DNA of 64,000 bases, from assembly GCA_045541975.1 (NCBI GenBank), contig JAZQKB010000034.1, positions 2,490 to 66,489 on the forward strand. The letters run 5' to 3'. A program made the translations under genes and the position numbers. The notes under the pieces were generated by a model. That model worked only from the letters and a program-made list of their open reading frames with translations, was not told where the DNA came from and did no database searches. Shown here one piece after another: positions 39,958 to 48,645 of this stretch. The stretch is from Clostridia bacterium. GTDB taxonomy: Bacteria > Bacillota > Clostridia > UMGS1840. Position 1 is the stretch's first letter. Every line of letters starts with the position of its first letter.

Positions 39958-40239
39958 ATGCAAATCACAGACATTCGTGTTCGTAAAGTGAACTCTGTCG
40001 GCAAGATGAAAGCAGTGGTTTCTGTTACCTTAGACGGTTGCTTTGTTGTGCACGATATCAAAGTAATTGAAGGGAAAGAACGTCTGTTCATCGCAATGCC
40101 TTCCAGAAAAACTGCTGAAGGCGAATTTAAAGACATCGCTCATCCGATTAACACCGAACTGCGGGATGAACTCCAAACCTTGATTCTGGCAAAATATGAA
40201 GAAGCACTGGCAGAAATGCCCACGGAGATAGAAGAATAA
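39958..40239 (+). CDS. spoVG: Septation/sporulation regulator SpoVG
   Basis: [51 protein letters not shown]. Confidence 0.95.
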   Translation: MQITDIRVRKVNSVGKMKAVVSVTLDGCFVVHDIKVIEGKERLFIAMPSRKTAEGEFKDIAHPINTELRDELQTLILAKYEEALAEMPTEIEE

Positions 40240-40251
40240 GGATGATAAAGA

Positions 40252-40281
40252 GTGGATAATTCAAAAATTATCCACTTTTTT
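40252..40281 (+). terminator. Rho-independent terminator of spoVG
   Basis: gtggataatt caaa aattatccac followed by a T6 run. Confidence 0.8.
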
Positions 40282-40302
40282 CATTTTTCTTCAAAAAATC
40301 CC

Positions 40303-40331
40303 TTGAATTTTATCGAGAAAGGTTGTATACT
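40303..40331 (+). promoter_or_regulatory. Sigma-A-type promoter
   Basis: TTGAAT - 17 nt - TATACT. Confidence 0.5.
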
Positions 40332-40441
40332 AATAATGTGTGCGTAATTTTTTAGCTGTTGCAGCAGAAAAACATTCTCCCAAAACACACTCCTCTGCAC
40401 AATGGACTATACTTTTTTTGAATATTTGGGAGGTCGTTTTA

Positions 40442-41122
40442 ATGAAATTTATCTGCACCGAAAAGCAAGAAGAAACCAATCGCCGTCTTATGGATGCGGG
40501 GGTCACGTTGTATGTGCCTTCTGCCTGCTATATCGGGGAAGAAGTTTCTATCGGGCAAGGCAGCAAAATTTTTCCCAATACAGTGATTTTGGGAAAAACC
40601 GTAATTGGAAACAATTGTGCAATCGGTCCTAACACGGTGATAGAAGACTGCACCATTGGTGACGATAACGAAATTTTGGCGTCCCATTTGCAACAAGCAA
40701 CGGTAGAGCACGGTGTGAAAATCGGCCCGTTTTCTTATTTACGGCCAAAGGCACACATTAAAAGCAATGCAAAAATCGGTGATTTTGTAGAAATCAAAAA
40801 TGCCGTGGTGGGAGAAGGCACAAAAGCCGCCCACTTAACCTACATCGGAGATTGCGATGTGGGAAAAAACTGTAACTTCGGTTGCGGAGCCGTTGTGGTA
40901 AATTACGACGGCATCAAAAAATCACGTTCCAAAATAGGCGACCACGCCTTTATCGGGTGCAACACGAACCTGGTATCTCCCGTTTTGGTGGGCGACTATG
41001 GATATACAGCCGCCGGCAGTACCGTTACCCAGCATGTGCCGGACGGTGCTTTGGCAATCGCCAGAGCAAAGCAAGAAAATAAAGAGGGATGGGTTAAGAG
41101 AAAGGGGTACCAAAAAAAATGA
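40442..41122 (+). CDS. Left-handed beta-helix acetyltransferase corresponding to the C-terminal half of GlmU only
   Basis: Start ATG 40442 behind GGGAGG. Hexapeptide repeats and the GlmU C-terminal pattern AHLTYIGDCDVGKNCNFGCGAVVVNYDGIKK. No N-terminal uridyltransferase domain. It sits in the canonical spoVG-glmU-prs position. Confidence 0.75.
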   Translation: MKFICTEKQEETNRRLMDAGVTLYVPSACYIGEEVSIGQGSKIFPNTVILGKTVIGNNCAIGPNTVIEDCTIGDDNEILASHLQQATVEHGVKIGPFSYLRPKAHIKSNAKIGDFVEIKNAVVGEGTKAAHLTYIGDCDVGKNCNFGCGAVVVNYDGIKKSRSKIGDHAFIGCNTNLVSPVLVGDYGYTAAGSTVTQHVPDGALAIARAKQENKEGWVKRKGYQKK

Positions 41123-42069
41123 TCACTCACGGGAAAGACATTAAAATCTTCTCAGCAAATTCCAATCCGAAATTAGCAGCAGATATTGCAGCAAACTTAG
41201 GTCTGTCTGTTGGACAGTCCTCCGTAAAACATTTCTCCGACGGAGAAATTTCGGTAAATATTTTTGAAACTGTCAGAGGTTCTGACGTATTCGTGGTGCA
41301 GTCTACCTGCAACCCTGTAAACGACAACTTAATGGAGCTTCTGATTATGATAGATGCTTTTAAACGTGCTTCCGCAGGAAGAATTACCGCAGTAATTCCC
41401 TATTTCGGATATGCACGTCAGGACAGAAAAGCGAAAGCCAGAGATCCGATTTCTGCAAAACTGGTTGCAGATTTAATCACCGCAGCAGGTGCAGACAGAG
41501 TGCTGACCATGGACCTGCATGCAGCGCAGATTCAGGGTTTTTTCAATATTCCTGTGGACCATTTGCTTGGCTCCGCAATTTTATGTCCGTATTTTGCAGA
41601 ACACATTAACACAGAGGACACCGTAATGGTTTCTCCTGACTTAGGAAGTGTTACCCGCGCAAGATACTATGCAGAACGTTTGGATATTCCGATGGCGATT
41701 ATTGACAAACGTCGCCCCAAAGCAAACGTTTCTGAAGTTATGAACATTATTGGCGATATTAAAGATAAAAACGTTATTATGATTGACGATATGATTGACA
41801 CCGCAGGCACCATTGTGCATGCAGCCAATGCCTTAAAAGAAAGAGGCGCTAAGAAAATTACGGTAGGATGTACCCACGCAGTGTTCTCCGGTCCTGCAAT
41901 TGAAAGAATCAAAGAATCTCCCATTGAAGAAATGGTGATTTTGGATACAATTCCCCTACCCCCGGAAAAAATGCTGGATAAAATCACCGTGCTGTCTTCC
42001 GCAAATGTGTTTGCAGAAGCGATTGACAGAATTTACGAAGACTTATCCGTTAGTACCCTGTTTATGTAA
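41119..42069 (+). CDS. prs: Ribose-phosphate pyrophosphokinase
   Basis: GYARQDRK and DDMIDTAGT motifs. ATGA overlap with the upstream gene. Confidence 0.95.
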   Translation: MITHGKDIKIFSANSNPKLAADIAANLGLSVGQSSVKHFSDGEISVNIFETVRGSDVFVVQSTCNPVNDNLMELLIMIDAFKRASAGRITAVIPYFGYARQDRKAKARDPISAKLVADLITAAGADRVLTMDLHAAQIQGFFNIPVDHLLGSAILCPYFAEHINTEDTVMVSPDLGSVTRARYYAERLDIPMAIIDKRRPKANVSEVMNIIGDIKDKNVIMIDDMIDTAGTIVHAANALKERGAKKITVGCTHAVFSGPAIERIKESPIEEMVILDTIPLPPEKMLDKITVLSSANVFAEAIDRIYEDLSVSTLFM

Positions 42070-42126
42070 TTTTTTTAAAACAGCGTAATAAGATTTACTT
42101 AGATTCATACATAGTAGGAGGCTCTT

Positions 42127-43119
42127 ATGAGAATTGTTGTGGACGGCTTCGGCGGTGATTATGCACCGGAAGAAATTTTATTCGGGTGCCTCGCTGCCTT
42201 AGAAGAAAAGCAAGACTTGGAGCTTATTGTAACCGGTGATGAACAAGCGTTCCGGAAAATCATTGAAGATGCCGGAAACACTGTGCCTGACCGTATGAGC
42301 TTTGTTGCCACCACAGAAATTGTTGCAAATGAAGACGATCCCATTTCTGCAATCCGCAGAAAAAAGGATTCTTCCTTGGTTGTTGGACTTCAGCTGGTCA
42401 GCGAACAAAAAGGCGATGCTTTTGTCAGCGCAGGCAATACCGGCGCAGTGCTCACCGGTGCAACCCTCATCATCAAGCGAATCCGTGGAATTAAGCGGGC
42501 AGCCCTTTGCCCCACCATCCCCACCAAAAAAGGCAAAGCCGTGATTGTAGACGTGGGTGCCAATGCGGAATGCAAACCCGATTTTTATCCCCAGTTTGCA
42601 ATGATGGGCACTGTTTACGCCAAAGAACTCTTAGGCATTAAAACTCCCAGAGCAGGCCTGATTAACATCGGTGTGGAACACCACAAAGGTACCTCCACCG
42701 TTGTGGAAGCATATCAGCTTTTAAAAAATGAACCTGCCATTCAGTTCGTGGGTAACATTGAAGCCCGTGACGTGCTAAACGGAGATGCCGAAGTGCTGGT
42801 GAGTGACGGTTGGACAGGGAATATCACCTTAAAAACCTTAGAAGGCACTGCAGGAGCGCTGTTTTACTTCTTAAAAGGCGTGTTCTACCAAAACTTCCTG
42901 ACCAAACTGGCTGCAGCCATTTTAAAACCCGGACTTTCCCGTGTGAAAAAAATGATGGATGCCAAAGAAGTGGGCGGTGCACCTTTGTTAGGGTTAAATG
43001 CACCGGTGGTAAAGGCTCACGGCAATTCCGACCGGGTAGCATACAAAAACGCAATCTTATTTGCAGCTACCTTAACCGAGAAAGACGTATGCGGAAAAAT
43101 TCGCAAACATCTTTCCTGA
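42127..43119 (+). CDS. plsX: Phosphate acyltransferase PlsX
   Basis: MRIVVDGFGGDYAP N-terminus and SAGNTGA motif. Confidence 0.92.
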   Translation: MRIVVDGFGGDYAPEEILFGCLAALEEKQDLELIVTGDEQAFRKIIEDAGNTVPDRMSFVATTEIVANEDDPISAIRRKKDSSLVVGLQLVSEQKGDAFVSAGNTGAVLTGATLIIKRIRGIKRAALCPTIPTKKGKAVIVDVGANAECKPDFYPQFAMMGTVYAKELLGIKTPRAGLINIGVEHHKGTSTVVEAYQLLKNEPAIQFVGNIEARDVLNGDAEVLVSDGWTGNITLKTLEGTAGALFYFLKGVFYQNFLTKLAAAILKPGLSRVKKMMDAKEVGGAPLLGLNAPVVKAHGNSDRVAYKNAILFAATLTEKDVCGKIRKHLS

Positions 43120-43170
43120 TTTTTCCCGATAATAACAGATTACATATTAAAAAGGAGGATGAAACACAAC

Positions 43171-43395
43171 ATGTTCGATAAGGTAAAAGATATTATCGTA
43201 GAACAGTTGGGCATTGAGGAGGACAAGGTTACTCCTGAAGCTACCTTAGTAGACGATCTGGGCGCAGATTCTCTGGACGTGGTAGAACTGGTAATGGCAT
43301 TTTCTGATGAATTTGGAATTGACATTCCCGATGATGCTGCAGAAAAAATCAGCACCGTGTCTGACGTGGTAAACTACTTAAAAGAAAATGTGTAA
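43171..43395 (+). CDS. acpP: Acyl carrier protein
   Basis: [15 protein letters not shown] phosphopantetheine-site motif. Start taken at ATG 43171 (MFDKVKDII). Confidence 0.95.
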   Translation: MFDKVKDIIVEQLGIEEDKVTPEATLVDDLGADSLDVVELVMAFSDEFGIDIPDDAAEKISTVSDVVNYLKENV

Positions 43396-43408
43396 ATCAC
43401 ACATCATA

Positions 43409-43441
43409 TAAAAAAAGGACTGTCGAAAGCAGTCCTTTTTT
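43409..43441. terminator. Bidirectional terminator (acpP / murA)
   Basis: A7 aggactg tcgaaag cagtcct T5. Confidence 0.8.
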
Positions 43442-44711
43442 ATGTGTGTAAAAATTCCACCGATGCCCCTAAATTTTTGAGGTTTTCCACCATATTGTGA
43501 TACCCACGGAATAAATGTCCTTCATCTTCCAAAACGGTTGTTCCCTCTGCCATTAAACCTGCAATGACCAAAGCGGCAGACCCCCGTAAGTCACCGGCTT
43601 TGACCTGTGCTCCATTTAATTTTGATGTGCCTTCTATTACGGCTGTGCGCCCCTCAATAGTAATTTTTGCACCCAACCTTTTCAACTCCCCGATATGCAT
43701 AAACCGATTCTCGAAAATAGTTTCCGTAATCACAGAAGTTCCTTTCGCACCGCAAAGATAGGCACAAAACTGTGCTTGTAAATCCGTTGGAAAACCAGGA
43801 TGAGGCATAGTTTTCACATCTACCGCTTTATAATTGGATTTCCCTTCCACCGTCACAGCAGTTCCCTTTACCGTGATATGTGCTCCGGTTTCCCGAAGCT
43901 TGGCAATCACCGGATTCAGATGCTCCGGAATCACCCCTGTTAAGGTGACCTTTCCCCCGGTTGCTGCAGCTGCAATCAGATATGTTCCTGCTTCAATCCG
44001 ATCCGGAATAACGGAATACTCGCAGCCGGAAAGTTTCTCCACTCCCCGCACGGTAACTGTGTCGCTTCCTGCTCCTTCAATCCGGGCACCCATGGTGTTT
44101 AAAAAATTGGCAAGATCGGAAATTTCAGGCTCAGCGGCAGCGTTTTCCAGCACCGTGGTTCCTTTGGCAAGGGTTGCTGCCATCATCAGATTTTCAGTTG
44201 CTCCCACGCTGGGAAAATCCAGATAAATTTTATTGCCGCGAAGTTTGTCGGCTTTTAACAAAATATATCCGTTTTCCGTGTGAATAGAAGCACCAAGCTT
44301 AGAAAATCCTTTCAGATGCAAATCCACCGGTCTGGCACCAATCGGACAGCCACCCGGATAACTGACTCTCGCATAGCCGGTTTTAGCAAGCAACGGTCCT
44401 GCCACTAAAAAAGATGCCCGCAAACGGTTGGTAATCTGATACGGTGCAAACGGAGAAAGTTCTCCCGATGCCTCCGTCAGAAAGTGTTCTTTTTTTAATT
44501 CACTGTGTTTCCCGGTTTCCAAAAGTAGCTTTTGCATATTGAAAACATCTGTTATCGGCGGCACATTTGTGATATCACACCCATCATCCGACAACAGAGT
44601 TGCTGCTAAAATCGGCAGTGCCGCATTTTTGGAACCATTCACTTGAATTTCTCCGAAAAGCGGTTGTTTTCCTGTAATTTTCAGTTTTGGCACCGAGCAT
44701 TCTCCTGACAT
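43440..44711 (-). CDS. murA: UDP-N-acetylglucosamine 1-carboxyvinyltransferase
   Basis: GSKNAALPILAATLL and PGGCPIGARPVDLHL (catalytic Cys) motifs. Start moved to ATG 44711. Confidence 0.95.
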   Translation of the reverse strand: MSGECSVPKLKITGKQPLFGEIQVNGSKNAALPILAATLLSDDGCDITNVPPITDVFNMQKLLLETGKHSELKKEHFLTEASGELSPFAPYQITNRLRASFLVAGPLLAKTGYARVSYPGGCPIGARPVDLHLKGFSKLGASIHTENGYILLKADKLRGNKIYLDFPSVGATENLMMAATLAKGTTVLENAAAEPEISDLANFLNTMGARIEGAGSDTVTVRGVEKLSGCEYSVIPDRIEAGTYLIAAAATGGKVTLTGVIPEHLNPVIAKLRETGAHITVKGTAVTVEGKSNYKAVDVKTMPHPGFPTDLQAQFCAYLCGAKGTSVITETIFENRFMHIGELKRLGAKITIEGRTAVIEGTSKLNGAQVKAGDLRGSAALVIAGLMAEGTTVLEDEGHLFRGYHNMVENLKNLGASVEFLHT

Positions 44712-44792
44712 TTTTTCATTCAAAATTAGTATGACCGAAGCACATAAAAAAATACACAAACCAGGTGTAACAAAAATGTAAAAAAAATTTTC

Positions 44793-44821
44793 GTGACATT
44801 TTCCTAAAACCGTAGTATAAT
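44793..44821 (+). promoter_or_regulatory. Sigma-A-type promoter of cdaA
   Basis: GTGACA - 17 nt - TATAAT. Confidence 0.5.
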
Positions 44822-44875
44822 AGAAAAGAAGAAGTATATTTTATGTTTAACAATAAAGATTGGAGGTGAACAAAC

Positions 44876-45739
44876 ATGCCATTTGAAGTTGCTGTTGCAT
44901 CCGGACTGAATATTTTATCCACCATCCGCCTGGCAGATTATATTGATATTGCCATCGTGGCATATTTGATTTACCAGGTTGCCAAATTCTTTAAAGATAC
45001 CAGAGCCGTTCAGGTTTTAAAGGGTATTGTATTTTTAATGGTGTTTGTGCAATTATCCAATATTTTTAAGCTGAACACCCTCCATTTTATCCTGCAAAAC
45101 ACCATGCAGGTTGGTCTTCTGGCGGTGTTTGTTCTGTTCCAGCCGGAAATCCGTGCAGCCTTGGCAAAAGTTGGAAAAAGTGGCGTTTCTCTCTTTAATT
45201 TTGAAGGTGATGAAGCGCAAAGTCCCACGCACAAGGTGATTGATTCGGTAACCGGCTCTGCAAAAGCCTTAGCTGAAAAGAAAATCGGTGCGTTGATTAT
45301 CATTGAACGAAACACCAAAATCGGCGATATTATCGGCACAGGGATTGGGCTGAATGCTGAGGTATCCACCGAGCTTTTAAACAATATTTTCTATCCCAAA
45401 GCACCTCTGCATGACGGAGCCGTGATTATCGGAGAAGGAAAAATCAAAGCAGCATCCTGCTTCTTACCTCTCTCCCAGAATGACAGCTTAGAATCTGAAT
45501 TAGGAACCCGTCACCGTGCAGGACTGGGAATTACCGAAGGAAGTGACTGTATCTCAGTCATTGTTTCAGAAGAAACCGGAAAGATTTCCTTAGCATGTAA
45601 CGGCGGTTTAACCAGAAACCTAAGTCCCACCGTGTTAAAGGAAGCACTCTCCAAACTTCTTTTGAAAGAAGAAAACCAAAAGAAAACGAATCTGAAAAAA
45701 ATGGTCAGACGCATTAAGAAAAACAAAGTTGAAAAATAA
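44876..45739 (+). CDS. cdaA: Diadenylate cyclase CdaA
   Basis: Three N-terminal TM helices, with DGA and RHRAGLG motifs of the DAC domain. Confidence 0.92.
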   Translation: MPFEVAVASGLNILSTIRLADYIDIAIVAYLIYQVAKFFKDTRAVQVLKGIVFLMVFVQLSNIFKLNTLHFILQNTMQVGLLAVFVLFQPEIRAALAKVGKSGVSLFNFEGDEAQSPTHKVIDSVTGSAKALAEKKIGALIIIERNTKIGDIIGTGIGLNAEVSTELLNNIFYPKAPLHDGAVIIGEGKIKAASCFLPLSQNDSLESELGTRHRAGLGITEGSDCISVIVSEETGKISLACNGGLTRNLSPTVLKEALSKLLLKEENQKKTNLKKMVRRIKKNKVEK

Positions 45740-45756
45740 ACAGATAGGAGGTCCCC

Positions 45757-46695
45757 ATGAAAAAGTTTTTGGATGCAATCAAACGAAATACCATGCTGAA
45801 AGTGTTTTCTCTGATTCTTGCCATCCTTTTGTGGGCCTTCGTCCAGTTGGCACAAAATCCTGAAATCAGCTATGAGGTGTTTGAAGTACCTGTTGTGATT
45901 ACCGGTGAAGCAGGAATCAACAATGAAGGATTTGTGGTAAGCAATCCGCCTGCCAACTTAACCACCAACGTAACCATTTCTACCAAACGCTCTTACTTAA
46001 ACTCTTTTGACCATTCGTCCCTAAGTGCCTATGTGGATGTGTCTAATGCCAAATCTGCTGGAGATTATTCCCTGCCTATCCGGGTTCGCACCAGTGACCC
46101 GAACATCACCATTATCTCCAAAAGTCCTGCCAATGTTTCGTTATATGTGGACCGGATTATCACGGTGAAAAAACCCATCCGTATTTCCTACAATGGCAAT
46201 ATGGCAAAAGATTATTATATTGATGCGAAAAACGTGGAAATTTCCCCCAAAGAGGCAACGGTGAAAGTGCCTGAACTGGTGGAAAAAAATATTCACGAAA
46301 TTGTGATTCATCTGGATATGACAGATGTAACCTCGGATCTGAGCGGTCAGTTCAACGGAGTCGCCGTAAACGACCAAGGGGAAGAAATTATGGATAAATT
46401 CCTCTCGGTGACCGACGAAAATATCAATGTGCAGGTACCTATTTTAAAACGGAAAACCGTGCCTGTTTATATGACGGGACTTCCGGAAACAGTGATGGGC
46501 AATTATGCTCTCAGCCAAAACGAAGTGGAAATTGCCGGCAAAGAATCTGATTTGAACAGAGTTCACCGGTTGGAGGGCACCATTCGCTACAGTGACGAAA
46601 ATCCTCAATCCACCTACACCGTTACCCTTCAGATTCCGGAACGGATTATCCGTACTAACGAAGAACCGGTGCTGTTGCACATAACCAATCCGTAA
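45757..46695 (+). CDS. cdaR: CdaA regulatory protein CdaR (YbbR-domain repeats)
   Basis: N-terminal TM helix, repeated YbbR-like beta domains and position directly after cdaA. Confidence 0.8.
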   Translation: MKKFLDAIKRNTMLKVFSLILAILLWAFVQLAQNPEISYEVFEVPVVITGEAGINNEGFVVSNPPANLTTNVTISTKRSYLNSFDHSSLSAYVDVSNAKSAGDYSLPIRVRTSDPNITIISKSPANVSLYVDRIITVKKPIRISYNGNMAKDYYIDAKNVEISPKEATVKVPELVEKNIHEIVIHLDMTDVTSDLSGQFNGVAVNDQGEEIMDKFLSVTDENINVQVPILKRKTVPVYMTGLPETVMGNYALSQNEVEIAGKESDLNRVHRLEGTIRYSDENPQSTYTVTLQIPERIIRTNEEPVLLHITNP

Positions 46696-46707
46696 AAAAA
46701 TATTAAA

Positions 46708-46850
46708 ATAAACTTTCAGGGCAGGGTGAAATTCCCGACCGGTGGTGTGCGCCATGATGATGGCGGAAAGTCCACGCGCCTTTTGGTAAATCAAAGGCTG
46801 AATTGGTGAAATCCCAATACCGACCGTTACAGTCAGGATGAAAGAAAGGA
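46708..46850 (+). promoter_or_regulatory. FMN riboswitch (RFN element)
   Basis: ttcagggcagggtgaaattcccgaccggtggt ... agtccacgcgcc ... ggtgaaatcccaataccgaccgttacagtcaggatgaaagaaagg matches the conserved RFN core. The P1 3' strand abuts the ribU RBS, which suggests translational control. No terminator is seen. Confidence 0.9.
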
Positions 46851-46861
46851 AATTTTTCGCT

Positions 46862-47452
46862 ATGTCTACCATGAAAACAAGAAATCTAACCGTTACGGCG
46901 GTGCTTTCCGCCGTGTCCATTGTGTTGTCTTTTATCGGATTTTCCATTCCGTGGATGCCCGGCTTTATCAAGCTGGATTTTTCCGATCTTCCGGCACTGC
47001 TGGCAGGATTTGCCTTTGGCCCCTGGTATGCTGTTGCAGTCTGCTTTATCAAAAACATTTTGTTTAATGTGTTTTTTGGTACAGCGCAGTTAGTGGGCGC
47101 CCTTTCCAATTTTCTCTTAGGCGTGCTGTTCACAGTGCCTGCAGCCTGGCTCTACAAATTCAGAAGAAACCGAAAATTTGCTTTGATTGGCTCCTTGTTG
47201 GGTGCATTTTCCATGGCATTTGTGGGAATCTTCACCAACTACTACCTTGTGTATCCCATGTATACCGCAATGATGCCGATGGAAGCCATTATCAGCACAT
47301 ATCAAGCGATTAATCCTGCTGTGACGGATTTATGGAAAGCACTGATTTACATGAATTTCCCCTTCACCTTAGTGAAAGGCCTCATCAATGTGGCGTTTGC
47401 CTTTTTGGTATACAAACGGCTTTCGCCCGTATTTTTTGGAAAACGAAAATAA
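46862..47452 (+). CDS. ribU: Riboflavin ECF-transporter S component
   Basis: TRNLTVTAVLSAVSIVLSFIGFSIPWMPGFIKLDFSDLPALLAGFAFGP, directly downstream of the FMN riboswitch. Start moved to ATG 46862. Confidence 0.85.
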   Translation: MSTMKTRNLTVTAVLSAVSIVLSFIGFSIPWMPGFIKLDFSDLPALLAGFAFGPWYAVAVCFIKNILFNVFFGTAQLVGALSNFLLGVLFTVPAAWLYKFRRNRKFALIGSLLGAFSMAFVGIFTNYYLVYPMYTAMMPMEAIISTYQAINPAVTDLWKALIYMNFPFTLVKGLINVAFAFLVYKRLSPVFFGKRK

Positions 47453-47470
47453 TAGCATAATTAAAAAACA

Positions 47471-47504
47471 AAAAAGGTTACTGCAATTTGCAGTAACCTT
47501 TTTT
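47471..47504. terminator. Bidirectional terminator (ribU / recA)
   Basis: ggttactgca att tgcagtaacc flanked by A and T runs. Confidence 0.85.
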
Positions 47505-47524
47505 ATGAGTATTCTTTCAAATCC

Positions 47525-48532
47525 TTAATCGTCCCAACTGTCACGAATTTTTTCTTCAATTTCTTTTGCCAATTCCGGATTTTCATTTAAGTACACACGG
47601 GCGTTTTCTCTGCCCTGACCTAAGCGCATTTCTCCGTAGTTATACCAGGCACCGCTTTTTTCCACGATTCCTGCTTCCACACCTAAGTCAAGCAGCATGC
47701 CGTTTTTGGAAATACCTTCTCCGTAGAGAATATCAAATTCCGCATCTTTGAAGGGAGGCGCAACTTTATTTTTCACCACTTTTACCTTGACCTTATTCCC
47801 GATAATATCGGTGCCGTTTTTGATAGCTTCCGAACGGCGCACATCCAGACGCATGGAGGAATAGAACTTCAGTGCACGTCCACCGGTGGTAGTTTCGGGA
47901 TTACCGAACATCACACCAACCTTTTCACGAAGCTGATTAATAAAAATGGTGGTGGTTTTCGTCTTATTGATAACACTGGTCAGCTTACGTAACGCCTGAG
48001 ACATCAGTCTTGCCTGAAGACCTACGTGAGAATCGCCCATATCCCCCTCAATCTCCTGACGGGGTACCAAGGCTGCAACCGAGTCAATGACAATAACATC
48101 CAGCGCATTACTGCGAACCAAGGCTTCGGTAATTTCCAATGCCTGCTCCCCGGTATCCGGCTGAGAAATTAAAAGAGAATCAATATCCACGCCTAAGCGT
48201 TTTGCATAAATAGGGTCTAAGGCATGTTCCGCATCAATAAAAGCAGCTTCGCCCCCATTTTTTTGAGCCTCTGCAATAATAGTCAAAGCAACGGTGGTTT
48301 TCCCGGAGCTTTCAGGACCGTAAATTTCAATCACACGGCCTCTGGGAACACCGCCAACACCGGTTGCACGGTCTAAGGTCATAATGCCGGTAGGAATCAC
48401 ATCCACATCCATGGATAAGTTTTCACCAAGGCGCATCACAGTGCCTTTCCCAAACTGTTTATCCAACTGCGCCATTGCAGCCGCTAAGGCTTTCTGGCGG
48501 TCTTCTTTTCGTTTTTCCAGATCCATATCCAT
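47525..48532 (-). CDS. recA: Recombinase RecA
   Basis: GPESSGKTT Walker A and the canonical RecA sequence throughout. Start moved to ATG 48532. Confidence 0.97.
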   Translation of the reverse strand: MDMDLEKRKEDRQKALAAAMAQLDKQFGKGTVMRLGENLSMDVDVIPTGIMTLDRATGVGGVPRGRVIEIYGPESSGKTTVALTIIAEAQKNGGEAAFIDAEHALDPIYAKRLGVDIDSLLISQPDTGEQALEITEALVRSNALDVIVIDSVAALVPRQEIEGDMGDSHVGLQARLMSQALRKLTSVINKTKTTTIFINQLREKVGVMFGNPETTTGGRALKFYSSMRLDVRRSEAIKNGTDIIGNKVKVKVVKNKVAPPFKDAEFDILYGEGISKNGMLLDLGVEAGIVEKSGAWYNYGEMRLGQGRENARVYLNENPELAKEIEEKIRDSWDD

Positions 48533-48580
48533 TTCGTGATACCGTCCTTTCCCGAAGGTTTTTTCATCATTTATATCCAC

Positions 48581-48608
48581 ATTATAACAAATTTTCTGCA
48601 AAAGTCAA
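48581..48608 (-). promoter_or_regulatory. recA promoter
   Basis: Minus strand TTGACT - 16 nt - TATAAT with a TGn extended -10. Confidence 0.55.
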
Positions 48609-48627
48609 TAGATTTCGACAAAAAAAT

Positions 48628-48640
48628 CGAACAAATGTTC
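48628..48640 (-). promoter_or_regulatory. LexA (Cheo-type) SOS box
   Basis: The minus strand reads GAACATTTGTTCG, matching GAAC-N4-GTTC, about 20 nt upstream of the recA -35. Confidence 0.6.
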
Positions 48641-48645
48641 TATTT

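Noticed and set aside
46444-47133. 229-aa minus-strand ORF
   Set aside because: It runs antisense through the cdaR 3' end, the FMN riboswitch and ribU. It has no RBS and a low-complexity translation, so it is a shadow ORF.
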